Assembly: GCA_024408565.1 (NCBI GenBank)
Contig: JAKSUW010000002.1
Coordinates: 31,993 to 95,992 of the forward strand
Direction: 5' to 3'
DNA: 64,000 bases
Origin: Bacilli bacterium
GTDB taxonomy: Bacteria; Bacillota_I; Bacilli_A; RFN20; CAG-826
The number at the start of each line of letters is the position of its first letter. Position 1 is the stretch's first letter. The position numbers and the translations under genes were made by a program. A model generated the notes under the pieces. It saw only the letters and a list, made by a program, of their open reading frames with translations. It was not told the origin of the DNA and searched no databases. Below are positions 19,098 through 29,096 of the stretch, piece by piece.

Positions 19098-19632
19098 TAA
19101 CTGGATTCTTTTTAGCTTTAACCATTTTGACAACGTAAACGACAATACATGTGGCGGTAATACCCATGATGATTCCGCTTACGATATACGGTACCATAAT
19201 GGTAACGTTGTCCACTAATTTAATTTGGTTAGGATCCTCGATTTTGTACCAAATCTCAAGATGTTGCCCTTCATGCATCCCTGCATAATACGATCCTAAT
19301 TCTTTATCTATATACGATGTTTCGTCAACAGTATAATCGACATAGACAATCATTTCTTGCTGGCCAGCACGCCAATCTTCTTCTATGCGCCTAATCACTG
19401 CGTCAGTAGTCGCATAGCCATCCGTATTATTAATCACAGTAGCAAAGACAATCATCATTGCAGTGGCGATAGCGAAAACAATCGAACAAATAATAATGCC
19501 GAATTTCGGTTTCACATACGAAAAACTTGAATAGGTGTGAAAAATTTTCTTTTTCGGTTTTTTCGGTTTTTCTGGCTCAACCGGTTTTTGTTCGTTTGGT
19601 TTTTGGTTTTTTGTAAAATTGTACGATGCCAT
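19087..19632 (-). CDS. Hypothetical membrane protein (two TM helices flanking a beta-rich domain; DUF3592-like)
   Basis: Lys/Pro-rich N-terminus. TM helices at ~45-67 and ~150-172. 11-nt convergent overlap with rluD. Confidence 0.4.
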   Translation of the reverse strand: MASYNFTKNQKPNEQKPVEPEKPKKPKKKIFHTYSSFSYVKPKFGIIICSIVFAIATAMMIVFATVINNTDGYATTDAVIRRIEEDWRAGQQEMIVYVDYTVDETSYIDKELGSYYAGMHEGQHLEIWYKIEDPNQIKLVDNVTIMVPYIVSGIIMGITATCIVVYVVKMVKAKKNPVITV

Positions 19633-19706
19633 AACAATAATATTATACCTAAAAAAATGTAATTTTTAATGAAATCAAGGGAATAATATACTAAAATAAA
19701 AACACT

Positions 19707-21260
19707 ATGAAAGAGTGGGGCCGTACGTTCCTTAACGCAGCATTATCTACTTTTCCAGTCGTCATCATTGTGGCGATTTTAAACTGGAGTGGTTTAGCTA
19801 GCTTTAATGACATCGCGACTTTAAATGGTAATGGCACATGGCTCTTTATTTCTGGAGCCATTTTGCTTTATTTTGGAATTGCTTTCTTCTCGATTGGCAC
19901 TGATAACGCAATGAGTAAAATCGGTGAACACGTTGGCGGTACGATGACGGCACATAAAAACTTATTTGCCCTTGTCTTTATTGTCTTTTTACTTGGTTTG
20001 TTCGTGACCATCGCTGAACCTGATTTGAGCGTACTTGCTGGGCGATTAGAGCCGGCAATTAACTTTTTCTTATTTATCGCTTTGGTAGGGATTGGTGTTG
20101 GCATCTTCCTTGTGATTGGCGTTTTAAGAATTCTCTTACAAAAGAGTCTGAAGGTTTGGATTTTAGCTTTCTACGCTTTAATTTTCGCATTAGCGTGTTT
20201 AGTTGATGAAAGCTTTATTCCATTAACATTCGATAGTGGCGGTGTCACGACGGGTCCAGTTACCGTTCCGTTTATCATTGCCCTTGGTGTTGGTATTGCT
20301 ACAAGCCGGGCGGGCAAAAGTAGTAACGCCGACTCCTTTGGTCTTACTGCCTTCTGTTCCATTGGTCCATTAATTGTTGTTTTAATTTTTGGTTTATTTA
20401 CACCTCCTCTAGAGGGAACGGTCCCAGATTATAACATCGTCTCGGTGGGCGATGCTTTATTACATTCCCTAGGCACTTCGGCTATGAATGTAACAATTGC
20501 TATGGCTCCCGTGTTAGTCTTCTTCTTTATTTATAATGCGATTGTTATTCATTTACCGAAAAAAGAAATTATTCGTATTATTGTTGGACTCGTTTATACC
20601 TATATTGGATTAGTCTTATTCTTAACCGGCGTTGAAGGAGCGTTCACACCAATTGCGGATGCGCTTGGCCAAGTGTTAATGGATAAAGATCATGCGCAAT
20701 GGATGCTTTTATTAGTAGCTGGTTTAATTGGTTTAGTGGTGGTGCTTTGTGAACCAGCGGTTCAAGTTTTAGTTAAACAAGTTGAACAAGTAAGCGATGG
20801 TCGAATTAAAAAAAGACATATGTTAATTGCTTTATCCCTTGGTATTGCTACTGGCGTAGTATTAGCGGTGGTACGTATTTTGTATGGCTTCTCATTATTT
20901 TATTATGTTGTTCCAGGTTATATTATTGCCTTGGCGTTGACCTTTGCGGTTCCTGATATTTATGTTGGTGTCGCCTTTGACTCAGGTGGCGTCGCAAGTG
21001 GTCCGATGACAAGCGCTTTTATTTTGCCGTTTGCCCTGAGTATTGGTAAAGCGTATTGCGTGGCGCATCCAGACATTGATGCCGGGCGTTATATTATGAC
21101 AAACGCTTTTGGTACCGTTGCAATGGTCGCGATGATGCCATTAATTGTTATTCAATTATTAGGTCTTAATGCGACACTTGAAGAAAAGCACATTCAACGG
21201 GTGGCTAGACAACGCGTTCGGGTGGCGAACGATAATCAAGTTATTCATTTTGGAGCATAA
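19707..21260 (+). CDS. DUF1538-family polytopic membrane protein (internal duplication)
   Basis: Two repeats each carrying FDSGGV(T/A)(T/S)GP(V/M)T... (FDSGGVTTGPVTVPFIIALGVG and FDSGGVASGPMTSAFILPFALSIG). ~12 TM helices, 517 aa. Confidence 0.6.
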   Translation: MKEWGRTFLNAALSTFPVVIIVAILNWSGLASFNDIATLNGNGTWLFISGAILLYFGIAFFSIGTDNAMSKIGEHVGGTMTAHKNLFALVFIVFLLGLFVTIAEPDLSVLAGRLEPAINFFLFIALVGIGVGIFLVIGVLRILLQKSLKVWILAFYALIFALACLVDESFIPLTFDSGGVTTGPVTVPFIIALGVGIATSRAGKSSNADSFGLTAFCSIGPLIVVLIFGLFTPPLEGTVPDYNIVSVGDALLHSLGTSAMNVTIAMAPVLVFFFIYNAIVIHLPKKEIIRIIVGLVYTYIGLVLFLTGVEGAFTPIADALGQVLMDKDHAQWMLLLVAGLIGLVVVLCEPAVQVLVKQVEQVSDGRIKKRHMLIALSLGIATGVVLAVVRILYGFSLFYYVVPGYIIALALTFAVPDIYVGVAFDSGGVASGPMTSAFILPFALSIGKAYCVAHPDIDAGRYIMTNAFGTVAMVAMMPLIVIQLLGLNATLEEKHIQRVARQRVRVANDNQVIHFGA

Positions 21261-21262
21261 CG

Positions 21263-21703
21263 ATGGCCTTCTTTAAACGTAAAGCAAAAACACAAACCAA
21301 TCATTTGCCACAAAAGGCGTTTGACGCGAACGAAAAACATCCCGGTTTTAAATTATGTTTATTTTTAATGAAGAAAGGGCATGGTGTTCCAACGAATGAT
21401 TTATTGTTAGAGAATGGGGTTAATTTAACATTATTGCTCTATGCCCAAGGAACGAAGAACGCGACCTTTGCGTCTTTATTTAGCGGTAATGAAACTAACA
21501 CTAGAGAAGCAATTTTCGCTTTAGTTCCCCATAATAAAGTCACAAGAGTACGGGAAGCGTTTATTGAGCGATTTTCGCGTTATCCTGAAGGTACATGCAC
21601 TCTTTTAACTTTTGAAGTTTCAGCATTAGCTGGAGTCTTAGCGTATAAATTCTTAACAGATTATGAAGGAGCAGAAAAGTATGGTGAGAAAAAAAGTGAC
21701 TAA
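21263..21703 (+). CDS. P-II-like (GlnB-fold) small regulatory protein, long variant
   Basis: KLCLFLMKKGHGVPTNDLLLENGVNLTLLLYAQGT...REAIFALVPHNKVTRVREAFIERF fits the beta-alpha-beta x2 P-II/DUF190 pattern. GGAG RBS. Immediately follows the DUF1538 gene. Confidence 0.45.
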   Translation: MAFFKRKAKTQTNHLPQKAFDANEKHPGFKLCLFLMKKGHGVPTNDLLLENGVNLTLLLYAQGTKNATFASLFSGNETNTREAIFALVPHNKVTRVREAFIERFSRYPEGTCTLLTFEVSALAGVLAYKFLTDYEGAEKYGEKKSD

Positions 21704-22043
21704 CACTAAACCGGTGGCGAAACAAGCCGAAACCAATGCAATCTTTTGTATTGTTAATCGTGGTTTTACCGACTTAGTGATGGCGGCCGCGCGGAAAGCG
21801 GGTGCAGCGGGTGGAACCGTTATTCACGCTCGGGGCACAAGCAATAAACAAATTGAAAAATTCTATGGCTTAGCGGTCTCTCCTGAAAAGGAAATTGTGA
21901 TTATTGTGGTGAAGAAAGAAATCACCGATAAGATTCTTTTAGCGATTAACGCCGAAGCAGGTTTAGATTCACCTGGCCAAGGGATTGCGTTTGCTTTGCC
22001 AGTCTCTAGTTATTACGGAATTAATTTCACCAATCGCCTTTAA
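21681..22043 (+). CDS. P-II family (GlnB-like) protein
   Basis: AIFCIVNRGFTDLVMAAARKAGAAGGTVIHARGT...EKEIVIIVVKKEITDKILLAINAEAGLDSPGQGIAFALPV is a typical P-II-fold signature. Overlaps the previous gene. Confidence 0.55.
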   Translation: MVRKKVTNTKPVAKQAETNAIFCIVNRGFTDLVMAAARKAGAAGGTVIHARGTSNKQIEKFYGLAVSPEKEIVIIVVKKEITDKILLAINAEAGLDSPGQGIAFALPVSSYYGINFTNRL

Positions 22044-22894
22044 TTTGCGCGGTGATATAAATTATAAACGTCACGTTTAGGCAAGTTGAGCAAATCACTT
22101 GCCTTTTTAATTGCGTCTTTCGTACTCATGCCCATGTTTTCTAAATTTTGGACCAATGAAATAATGTCTTTTGGTTCCATGAATTTTTCTTGTTCGTTGT
22201 TATGACCTTCGACGATAATGACCATTTCACCTTTCAAGGTGGCTTGTTCTAATTTTACTAATTCCTCAAGGTTACCACGGATGAATTCTTCGTGGAGTTT
22301 AGTTACTTCACGTGCGATGACCGCTTTTCGTTTACCAAGAATTTCGAGCATATCTTTAAGCGTTTTCAAAATCCGGTGGGGTGCTTCATAAAAGATTAAG
22401 GTTTCACTCTTTAAATAAAGGTGGCGGAGTTCTTCTTTACGGACACTGGTTTTCGCGCTTAAAAAACCATGAAAGTAAAAGTGGGCAGTGTCTAAGCCTG
22501 AGGCAATAAGGGCGTCTAGTGCAGCGTTAGGGCCACTCACGGGGGAAATATTAATGTCGTTTAAAATACATTCTTTAACAAGAATATAGCCAGGATCAGA
22601 GATACAAGGCATACCGGCATCAGACATATAAGCGACTTGCTTACCGTCTTTTAATAAACGTACGACTTCTTTGGCCGCAACGGTTTCGTTATGTTCGTGA
22701 CAAGAAATAAAAGGTTTTTTAATTTGGTGATGAGCGAGAAGTTTGCCACTGACCCTTGTGTCCTCCGCCACAATATAATCCATCGCTTTAATAATTTCGA
22801 TGGCCCGTGGAGAAAGTTCTTTCATATTGCCAATCGGGGTGGCAATAAGATAAAGGATTGGGTGTTTATGATCAAAATTAAGTTCCCGTTTCAT
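22040..22894 (-). CDS. rsmI: 16S rRNA (cytidine1402-2'-O)-methyltransferase
   Basis: Tetrapyrrole-methylase fold: LYLIATPIGNMKELSPRAIEIIKAMDYIVAEDTR. 284 aa. Confidence 0.85.
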   Translation of the reverse strand: MKRELNFDHKHPILYLIATPIGNMKELSPRAIEIIKAMDYIVAEDTRVSGKLLAHHQIKKPFISCHEHNETVAAKEVVRLLKDGKQVAYMSDAGMPCISDPGYILVKECILNDINISPVSGPNAALDALIASGLDTAHFYFHGFLSAKTSVRKEELRHLYLKSETLIFYEAPHRILKTLKDMLEILGKRKAVIAREVTKLHEEFIRGNLEELVKLEQATLKGEMVIIVEGHNNEQEKFMEPKDIISLVQNLENMGMSTKDAIKKASDLLNLPKRDVYNLYHRAN

Positions 22895-23694
22895 CGTCTT
22901 TGTTTTAAGTCCTTGAGGTTAATAAACACGATGCCCTCTGGCCCTTCGCATTTAATATTTTTTGACACAATATTAAAGCCTAAAACCTTATAGGTTTTTT
23001 TATCTTTAGTAATGGTGGAGCCGATTGGTGGGAACGCTTTGGCTTCTTTACTATAAGTTTCATCTTCGTAGAGTAAACAACACATTAATTTACCACACGC
23101 GCCAGATAGCTTCGCCGCGTTAAGTGAGAGTTGTTGATTTTTCGCCCGGTTAATTGAAATGCCATCAAAGCTTTTTAAGAACGTTGCGCAGCATAAGGCG
23201 CGTCCACATGGACCGATGCCGCCCGTGGCTTTTGCTTTATCGCGCGCCCCGATTTGGCGGAACTCAATCCGGGTATGAAGACGTCCGGCTAAAACACGTA
23301 ATAGTTCACGGAAGTCAACGCGGTTATCGGCGGTATAAGTGATAATAATTTTACTTGAGTCTAGAACATATTCCGCGAACAAGAAATTCATTTCAAGTTT
23401 CAATGCTTTTGCTTCTTCTTCAGCAATTTTTAATGCTTTCTTGGCGCGTTTAATATTATCTTCGTATAAATGAATTTCGGTGGTGTTAGCGCGTGCAATA
23501 ATCAAAGAGAAATCGGCTTTACTCGGAAAAGATTCAATATTAACTGGTTCACCAGCGACACGGCCTACTTCTTCGCCACGTTCAGTCGCAACCAGAACAT
23601 ATTCATCAAGTTTTAAGTCTTCGATATCCGTCGCAAAAAGAGCGGGTTTACCAAGTTTAGTGTAACGAATCGGAACAAGATATTTCTTCACCAT
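22891..23694 (-). CDS. ricT: PSP1-domain protein YaaT/RicT
   Basis: PSP1 C-terminal domain with a Cys cluster (GPCGRALCCATFL...CGKLMCCLLYE). Conserved position between holB and rsmI. Confidence 0.75.
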   Translation of the reverse strand: MVKKYLVPIRYTKLGKPALFATDIEDLKLDEYVLVATERGEEVGRVAGEPVNIESFPSKADFSLIIARANTTEIHLYEDNIKRAKKALKIAEEEAKALKLEMNFLFAEYVLDSSKIIITYTADNRVDFRELLRVLAGRLHTRIEFRQIGARDKAKATGGIGPCGRALCCATFLKSFDGISINRAKNQQLSLNAAKLSGACGKLMCCLLYEDETYSKEAKAFPPIGSTITKDKKTYKVLGFNIVSKNIKCEGPEGIVFINLKDLKQRR

Positions 23695-23696
23695 AA

Positions 23697-24665
23697 CTAC
23701 TCCTTTGTTAAATAGATAGCTAAATGTTCATAGATACTAGCGAGGGTGATATTTAAATCAATTTGGCTACGGAGATTCATCACTTCGAGTAATGAGTTCG
23801 TCGGGTGTTTTAAACGCGTCGCTAAATCTTTAATTATCTTATCATAACTAGTTAAGAATATCTTTTCCCCGTTACTCGCCCGCACTACATCTTGTAAGAA
23901 ACTCGCTAATAAATCAAAGAAAAAACGAGCGTCTTCTTTATCGTGTAGATTGGGGATAAGTTCAGTTTCAACGGTATATAACAAATCTTGTTGGTTATTA
24001 AGATGCTCGATAAAGTGATTAAAGATTTCCTTTATCATTAGATAGTTTTCATCATTTATTTTTTCGCGAATACTCATCGCGTCGTTATAAAAATAGGAGA
24101 GAATTTCCACATCATCAACTGGTAGATCTTTAGCGTCCTTAATGACCTCTTCCCGTGGAATCAGTTTTAAGGTCAAACGTTGACTACGAGAAACAATCGT
24201 TGGGAGAACACGCGATTCGTTTTGGGTGGTTAAAAAAGCGTAAGTATCTTTACCTGGTTCTTCTAAGAATTTTAAGATTGAATTAATGGCTTCGATGGTA
24301 GCGTTCTCCACTAAGTGGAGAATATAGATAACTTTCCCATTATTTTCCATCGCGGTGCGTGAGAAGGTTTCCATAATGCGGTCAACTGAATCTTTTTTAA
24401 TACTATCGGTCTCGCCATCACAAATAATTAGATCAGCGTATTGATTATTATCGACACGGCGACAAGTAGTGCACTCATTACACGCGAAAGGATAAGGATG
24501 CTCACATAATAAAGTCTTCGCTAAATAAAGCGCGGTCTCTTTTAAAGGAGTGCCGTGTTCACCCACAAGTAAAAAGGCGTGGGATAATTTATGGTTTTTA
24601 ATTGCATTAGCAAAAGTTTGATAAAGAATGGGTTGTTTAGCTTTTAAATATTCTTGATTGACCAT
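23697..24665 (-). CDS. holB: DNA polymerase III delta' subunit
   Basis: HAFLLVGEHGTPLKETALYLAKTLLCEHPYPFACNECTTCRRVDN (AAA+ clamp-loader fold with zinc module), 322 aa. Confidence 0.8.
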   Translation of the reverse strand: MVNQEYLKAKQPILYQTFANAIKNHKLSHAFLLVGEHGTPLKETALYLAKTLLCEHPYPFACNECTTCRRVDNNQYADLIICDGETDSIKKDSVDRIMETFSRTAMENNGKVIYILHLVENATIEAINSILKFLEEPGKDTYAFLTTQNESRVLPTIVSRSQRLTLKLIPREEVIKDAKDLPVDDVEILSYFYNDAMSIREKINDENYLMIKEIFNHFIEHLNNQQDLLYTVETELIPNLHDKEDARFFFDLLASFLQDVVRASNGEKIFLTSYDKIIKDLATRLKHPTNSLLEVMNLRSQIDLNITLASIYEHLAIYLTKE

Positions 24666-25288
24666 TACTTCTTCTTTAAGCGTTTCTTTAAGGCTTTATA
24701 AACGGCGTCTAAAGTTTCATCCGGGGTTTTACTTGCATCAATCACCACAAAACGTTTGGGGTAGCGTTTCGCGAGTGATAAGAATGTTTTCCGCACGGAA
24801 CGATGGAAAGTAAGTTTTTCTAAATCTAAGCGGTTAACTTCACGGGCTTGGTTTTTAGCAATCCGTGCGAGGCCAAGTTTTGGATCAATATCAAATAAGA
24901 AAGTCAGATCGGGGAAAGTACCTTCAGTCGCAAACATATTCATTTTTAGCACAGCGTCGATACCTAAACCACGCGCACCACCTTGATAGGCTAACGAAGA
25001 ATCTAAGTAACGATCACAAATAACGATTTTGCCCGCTTTAACATTTGGCCAAACTTTTTCCACTAAGTGTTGGCGTCGCGCGGCGGCGTAAAGTAACGCT
25101 TCTGTGCGTTTATCCATCTTCGTATTCTTTTTATCTAAGATGACATTCCGGATTTCTTCACTAATGGGAGTGCCACCGGGTTCCCGGGTTAATAAAACAC
25201 GATACCCATCTTTTTCTAACCGTGTTTTAAGGCGTTTAATACAAGTGGTTTTGCCACTTCCTTCGCCACCTTCAAATGTAATAAACAT
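24665..25288 (-). CDS. tmk: Thymidylate kinase
   Basis: MFITFEGGEGSGKTT P-loop, DRY motif (ICDRYLDSSLAYQG), 207 aa. Confidence 0.9.
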   Translation of the reverse strand: MFITFEGGEGSGKTTCIKRLKTRLEKDGYRVLLTREPGGTPISEEIRNVILDKKNTKMDKRTEALLYAAARRQHLVEKVWPNVKAGKIVICDRYLDSSLAYQGGARGLGIDAVLKMNMFATEGTFPDLTFLFDIDPKLGLARIAKNQAREVNRLDLEKLTFHRSVRKTFLSLAKRYPKRFVVIDASKTPDETLDAVYKALKKRLKKK

Positions 25289-25289
25289 A

Positions 25290-25886
25290 CTAAAGTTTCT
25301 TCCTTCCTTCGAGGGCCTTAGCGATGGTTAAACTATCTGCATAATCAATATGACCACCCATTGGTAGTCCATAGGCTAAGCGGGTTACCTTCACATTTCG
25401 TCCCTCTAATAATTTTGCAATATATAACGCGGTGGTTTCTCCATCGACCGTTGGGTCGGTGGCTAAAATCACTTCGTGAATGTCATCTTGTTCAATCCGT
25501 TTTAAGAGACTAGCGATATTTAAATCTTCAACGCCTTTACCTTTAATCGCACTAATCGTGCCATTTAAAACATGGTACATACCTTTATAAGTATTAAGTG
25601 ATTCAAAATGATAAACATCTTTGGGGAAAGATAAGACAATAATCGTGTGATGATCACGGCTATTATCTTTACATATTTCGCATTGGTCTTCTTCGGTATA
25701 TAAACCACAAACGGGGCATTGGTGAATCTTCTTTTTAATATCGGCTAAAGCCGCCGCGAATTCATCCACGACTTCAATATCCATACCTAAAACCGCATAC
25801 GCCATCCGTTCGGCGGATTTCCGTCCGACACTCGGTAGACGCGCAAATGCGTCAATAAGACGTTGAAGCGATTTTAAATCTTGCAT
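25290..25886 (-). CDS. recR: Recombination protein RecR
   Basis: HhH motif, C4 zinc finger CPVCGLYTEEDQCEIC, Toprim domain. 198 aa. Confidence 0.9.
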   Translation of the reverse strand: MQDLKSLQRLIDAFARLPSVGRKSAERMAYAVLGMDIEVVDEFAAALADIKKKIHQCPVCGLYTEEDQCEICKDNSRDHHTIIVLSFPKDVYHFESLNTYKGMYHVLNGTISAIKGKGVEDLNIASLLKRIEQDDIHEVILATDPTVDGETTALYIAKLLEGRNVKVTRLAYGLPMGGHIDYADSLTIAKALEGRKKL

Positions 25887-26188
25887 TAGATACCAAGTCC
25901 TTCTTTTCTACCAGTTAATTGAAGATTAATTTCTTCTTTCGCTTGATCGATTTTACTGAAGGCTTCGTTAATTGCCATCGTAATCATTTCTTCAAGCATG
26001 TCTTTATCGTCTTTATTTAAGGCGTTCTCGTCAATTTTCACTTCTTTCACGGTTTTATTACCCATCACCGTTACTTTGACCGCTCCACCTTTTTCAACGG
26101 TAAATTCTTGACTCGCTAAAGCCGCGTGGGCTTTTTGGAGCTCGCGTTGAATTTTTTGTGCTTGCATTAGCATCGCCTGCATGTTCAT
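25886..26188 (-). CDS. ybaB: Nucleoid-associated protein YbaB/EbfC
   Basis: 100 aa, MNMQAMLMQAQKIQRELQKA..., conserved between dnaX and recR. Confidence 0.85.
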   Translation of the reverse strand: MNMQAMLMQAQKIQRELQKAHAALASQEFTVEKGGAVKVTVMGNKTVKEVKIDENALNKDDKDMLEEMITMAINEAFSKIDQAKEEINLQLTGRKEGLGI

Positions 26189-26190
26189 AG

Positions 26191-27807
26191 TTAGTCCTCC
26201 TTAATAATGACTTCTTCTTTTGCGGGTAGTTTATTAATTTGTCGTAGGTTTAGGAAAAGTTGTCTTAAACGGACTTCTTCACCTCGACTTAAAGCGTAGA
26301 CAAATACTTTACGTTTTAAGATTGCCTCAACGATTTTGGCAATATTAGTTTGATTCGCTTTGATGTTCACCTTATGCGCTAAACGTTCAAAATCGTAATT
26401 TAAAATCAAAATATGTTCGGTAATGATATAAGGGGTGCCATCTAAAAGTAACGAAGCGTATTTACCAGTTTTAGGAGACGCCGCTAGTGATTGTAAGGTC
26501 ATCGCCCATTTATCTAGTAAGTCAATTCGTTCTTCTTTATTGCCGCTTACCATAATCTTAATGATGGTCTCATCATCAAGATGATGCATATCTCCATCGA
26601 TCGCTAAAGGCGCTAGATCTTCTTTTACTTCAATTTTAGCGGGTTGAGGAGCTGCTTCTTTTTTGGGTTCTACTTTTTTAATAACAGCGGGTTTTACTTC
26701 TGCTTGAACAGGTGGGACATCTTTTACCGTCGGAGTTAAGGTGACTAATTTTAATAACGTAATTTCAAAGAGTGAACGTGGATTAGCGACAATCTTAAAT
26801 TCGTTTTCAGCATCAAGTAAGATATTAATCATTTCGTTCACTTGATTGATATTGAAGTGGGGCTCTAATGTTTTAATTTCTTGTTCACGCAGGACACTTA
26901 ATAAATCAGTGTCAGTCGTGGTATAGAACACTAATAAATCTTTTAAGATATCGATTAAGGAAATGGTAAGACGCTTAATATCCACGCCACCGGCTAAGAA
27001 GTAATTCGCACGATTTAAAACGCTACTCGTGTTTTTATTAGCGATATCAATAAGAAGCGCAATCTTTTCTTCTAATGAGGCAATACCAAATAAATCTAAA
27101 ACATCTTTTTCGGTAATTTTTTTGTTGGCATAAGATAATACTTGATCAAGCATCATTAGGGCATCCCGCATTCCGCCATCAGCAATACTCACAATCGGTG
27201 TTAACGCCTTTGTATCATACTCAACGCCTTCTTTATCTAAGACCTGCATTAAATATTCAACCATTGCGCTTTCTTCAATTTTAGCGAAGTCATAACGTTG
27301 GCAACGAGAAAGAATCGTGGGTAAAACTTTATGAGGTTCAGTAGTGGCTAAAATAAAGACGACATGCGCGGGTGGTTCTTCAATGGTTTTAAGTAACGCG
27401 TTAAAAGCGCTCGTCGACATCATATGTACTTCATCAATGATGTAGATTTTATATTTCCCCTTAATTGGAGCAAACTTAACTTTTTCAATTAATGAACGAG
27501 CATCTTCTACGCCATTATTACTCGCCGCGTCAATTTCAATGATATCAGGATGAGCGCCATTATTCGCGCTTTGGCAGTTATCACATTGGTTACAAATTTC
27601 ACCGTTCCCCTTCTCGCAGTTTAAAGCTTTAGCGAATAATTTCGCCATCGTGGTTTTACCAGTTCCACGGGGGCCACAAAATAAATAAGCGTGAGCGATT
27701 TTACCCGTCTTTAAAGCGTTGCTTAAAGTTTGCACAATGGCCTTTTGTCCAGCGACTTCGTCAAAGCGTGTTGGACGATACTTACGGTACAAGACTTTGT
27801 AAGACAT
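26191..27807 (-). CDS. dnaX: DNA polymerase III subunit gamma/tau
   Basis: YRKYRPTRFDEVAGQ...LFCGPRGTGKTT, zinc module CEKGNGEICNQCDNC. 538 aa. Confidence 0.9.
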   Translation of the reverse strand: MSYKVLYRKYRPTRFDEVAGQKAIVQTLSNALKTGKIAHAYLFCGPRGTGKTTMAKLFAKALNCEKGNGEICNQCDNCQSANNGAHPDIIEIDAASNNGVEDARSLIEKVKFAPIKGKYKIYIIDEVHMMSTSAFNALLKTIEEPPAHVVFILATTEPHKVLPTILSRCQRYDFAKIEESAMVEYLMQVLDKEGVEYDTKALTPIVSIADGGMRDALMMLDQVLSYANKKITEKDVLDLFGIASLEEKIALLIDIANKNTSSVLNRANYFLAGGVDIKRLTISLIDILKDLLVFYTTTDTDLLSVLREQEIKTLEPHFNINQVNEMINILLDAENEFKIVANPRSLFEITLLKLVTLTPTVKDVPPVQAEVKPAVIKKVEPKKEAAPQPAKIEVKEDLAPLAIDGDMHHLDDETIIKIMVSGNKEERIDLLDKWAMTLQSLAASPKTGKYASLLLDGTPYIITEHILILNYDFERLAHKVNIKANQTNIAKIVEAILKRKVFVYALSRGEEVRLRQLFLNLRQINKLPAKEEVIIKED

Positions 27808-27892
27808 AAAATATTAACAATATTTTAACAAAAATTAAAAGATTGGGAGAACTTATTTAAAAGTAGGTCAAGATGGCAACTAACTAACTTGA

Positions 27893-29029
27893 TTAAATTT
27901 GATTAAATTCGTAAGTGATGTGACGAGAGAACGAATGCTCTCTATTAATAAATAACTTTTCGATTGATTTTTGTTCGGTTGTAAAGAAGTTGTAAGGTTC
28001 AATAGTAATGGCTGCGTATTGTGTATCTTCTTCGCCAGCATTCATTTTTTGTCCTTTAACTGGCCAGCAGTTGGCGTACAAAATGACAGCGTCAGAGTCT
28101 TCGGACGTAACATTTAATGAGTAACCATTTCCCTTTAATTCAACATTCACGGTTTTGGGTCCAGTGGCTTCAGCATTATCACCAAAATACCAAATATGGT
28201 CATAGCCATTAGAAGCTGGATCTAGTGTTGCCACTGCCGCAAGATCTTCTTTACTAATTTCTTTTCCATTCCGAAAATCCCATAGGCCTCTACCTTCTCT
28301 TGGATCTTCGCCTACGCTTTTAGTTCCGACAACGGTTTGGCAGCCATCATCGTCATATTTTGCTAGTTTATCAGCGTTAATGGTTAATGTATGGCTCGTT
28401 AAATCCCCGCCACCTAATCTAAAGAATGTATGCATAGATAAGTCAACTGGAGTTAAGCCAGATGCACCAGCATCCATCACAACATCTAATTTAGCTTCTT
28501 CTTTATAGACTTTATACGTGTACTTAACATTTAAAGTCTCAGGGAATCCAGATTCACCAGGTCCGGAAACATATTTAAATATAACTTCATAATATTTATT
28601 TTTTTCAACAACCTCGTGGGTCCAATCTTTGGTGCTTAAACCATTCGTACCACCATGGAGACAGTTGTTCTTTCCGCGTTGGGTTTCGTTAATCTCGAGT
28701 TGATATTCTTTCTCACCAATACGCAATTTACCATCAGGGAATCGACCTGCGACTCTACCTAGACATGTTCCATAATAGTTGTTGCCAACAAAAACATTTT
28801 TATCTTGTGGGTGATAAGTCATATATTTATTTTTGAGTTTAATTGAATAAATTGAGGCACCCCGATCACAGAAGGTTACTTCGAACCCTTTATTATTCTT
28901 AACTGTGAAGAATAAGCTATCGACATTGCTGCTACCGCAACTAGTCATAGTGACTAAAGCACCAGCAGTTAAAACCAGCGCACCAAAACGTAATGTTTTG
29001 GATTTTGTTATATTTGCTTTCATACACAT
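27893..29029 (-). CDS. Lipoprotein with aldose 1-epimerase (galactose mutarotase)-like domain
   Basis: Signal + lipobox LVTMTSCGSS. GRVAGRFPDGKLRIGEKEYQLEINETQRGKNNCLHGGTNGLSTKDW matches the mutarotase motif (G..aNRI..g.f...g..y.L..N.g.n.LHGG). 378 aa. Confidence 0.6.
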   Translation of the reverse strand: MCMKANITKSKTLRFGALVLTAGALVTMTSCGSSNVDSLFFTVKNNKGFEVTFCDRGASIYSIKLKNKYMTYHPQDKNVFVGNNYYGTCLGRVAGRFPDGKLRIGEKEYQLEINETQRGKNNCLHGGTNGLSTKDWTHEVVEKNKYYEVIFKYVSGPGESGFPETLNVKYTYKVYKEEAKLDVVMDAGASGLTPVDLSMHTFFRLGGGDLTSHTLTINADKLAKYDDDGCQTVVGTKSVGEDPREGRGLWDFRNGKEISKEDLAAVATLDPASNGYDHIWYFGDNAEATGPKTVNVELKGNGYSLNVTSEDSDAVILYANCWPVKGQKMNAGEEDTQYAAITIEPYNFFTTEQKSIEKLFINREHSFSRHITYEFNQI

Positions 29030-29096
29030 TAATTATACAAAAATAATTACTATCTAATTAGACATTTTTCTTTGTTGCACTAAAATAGATAACGCA

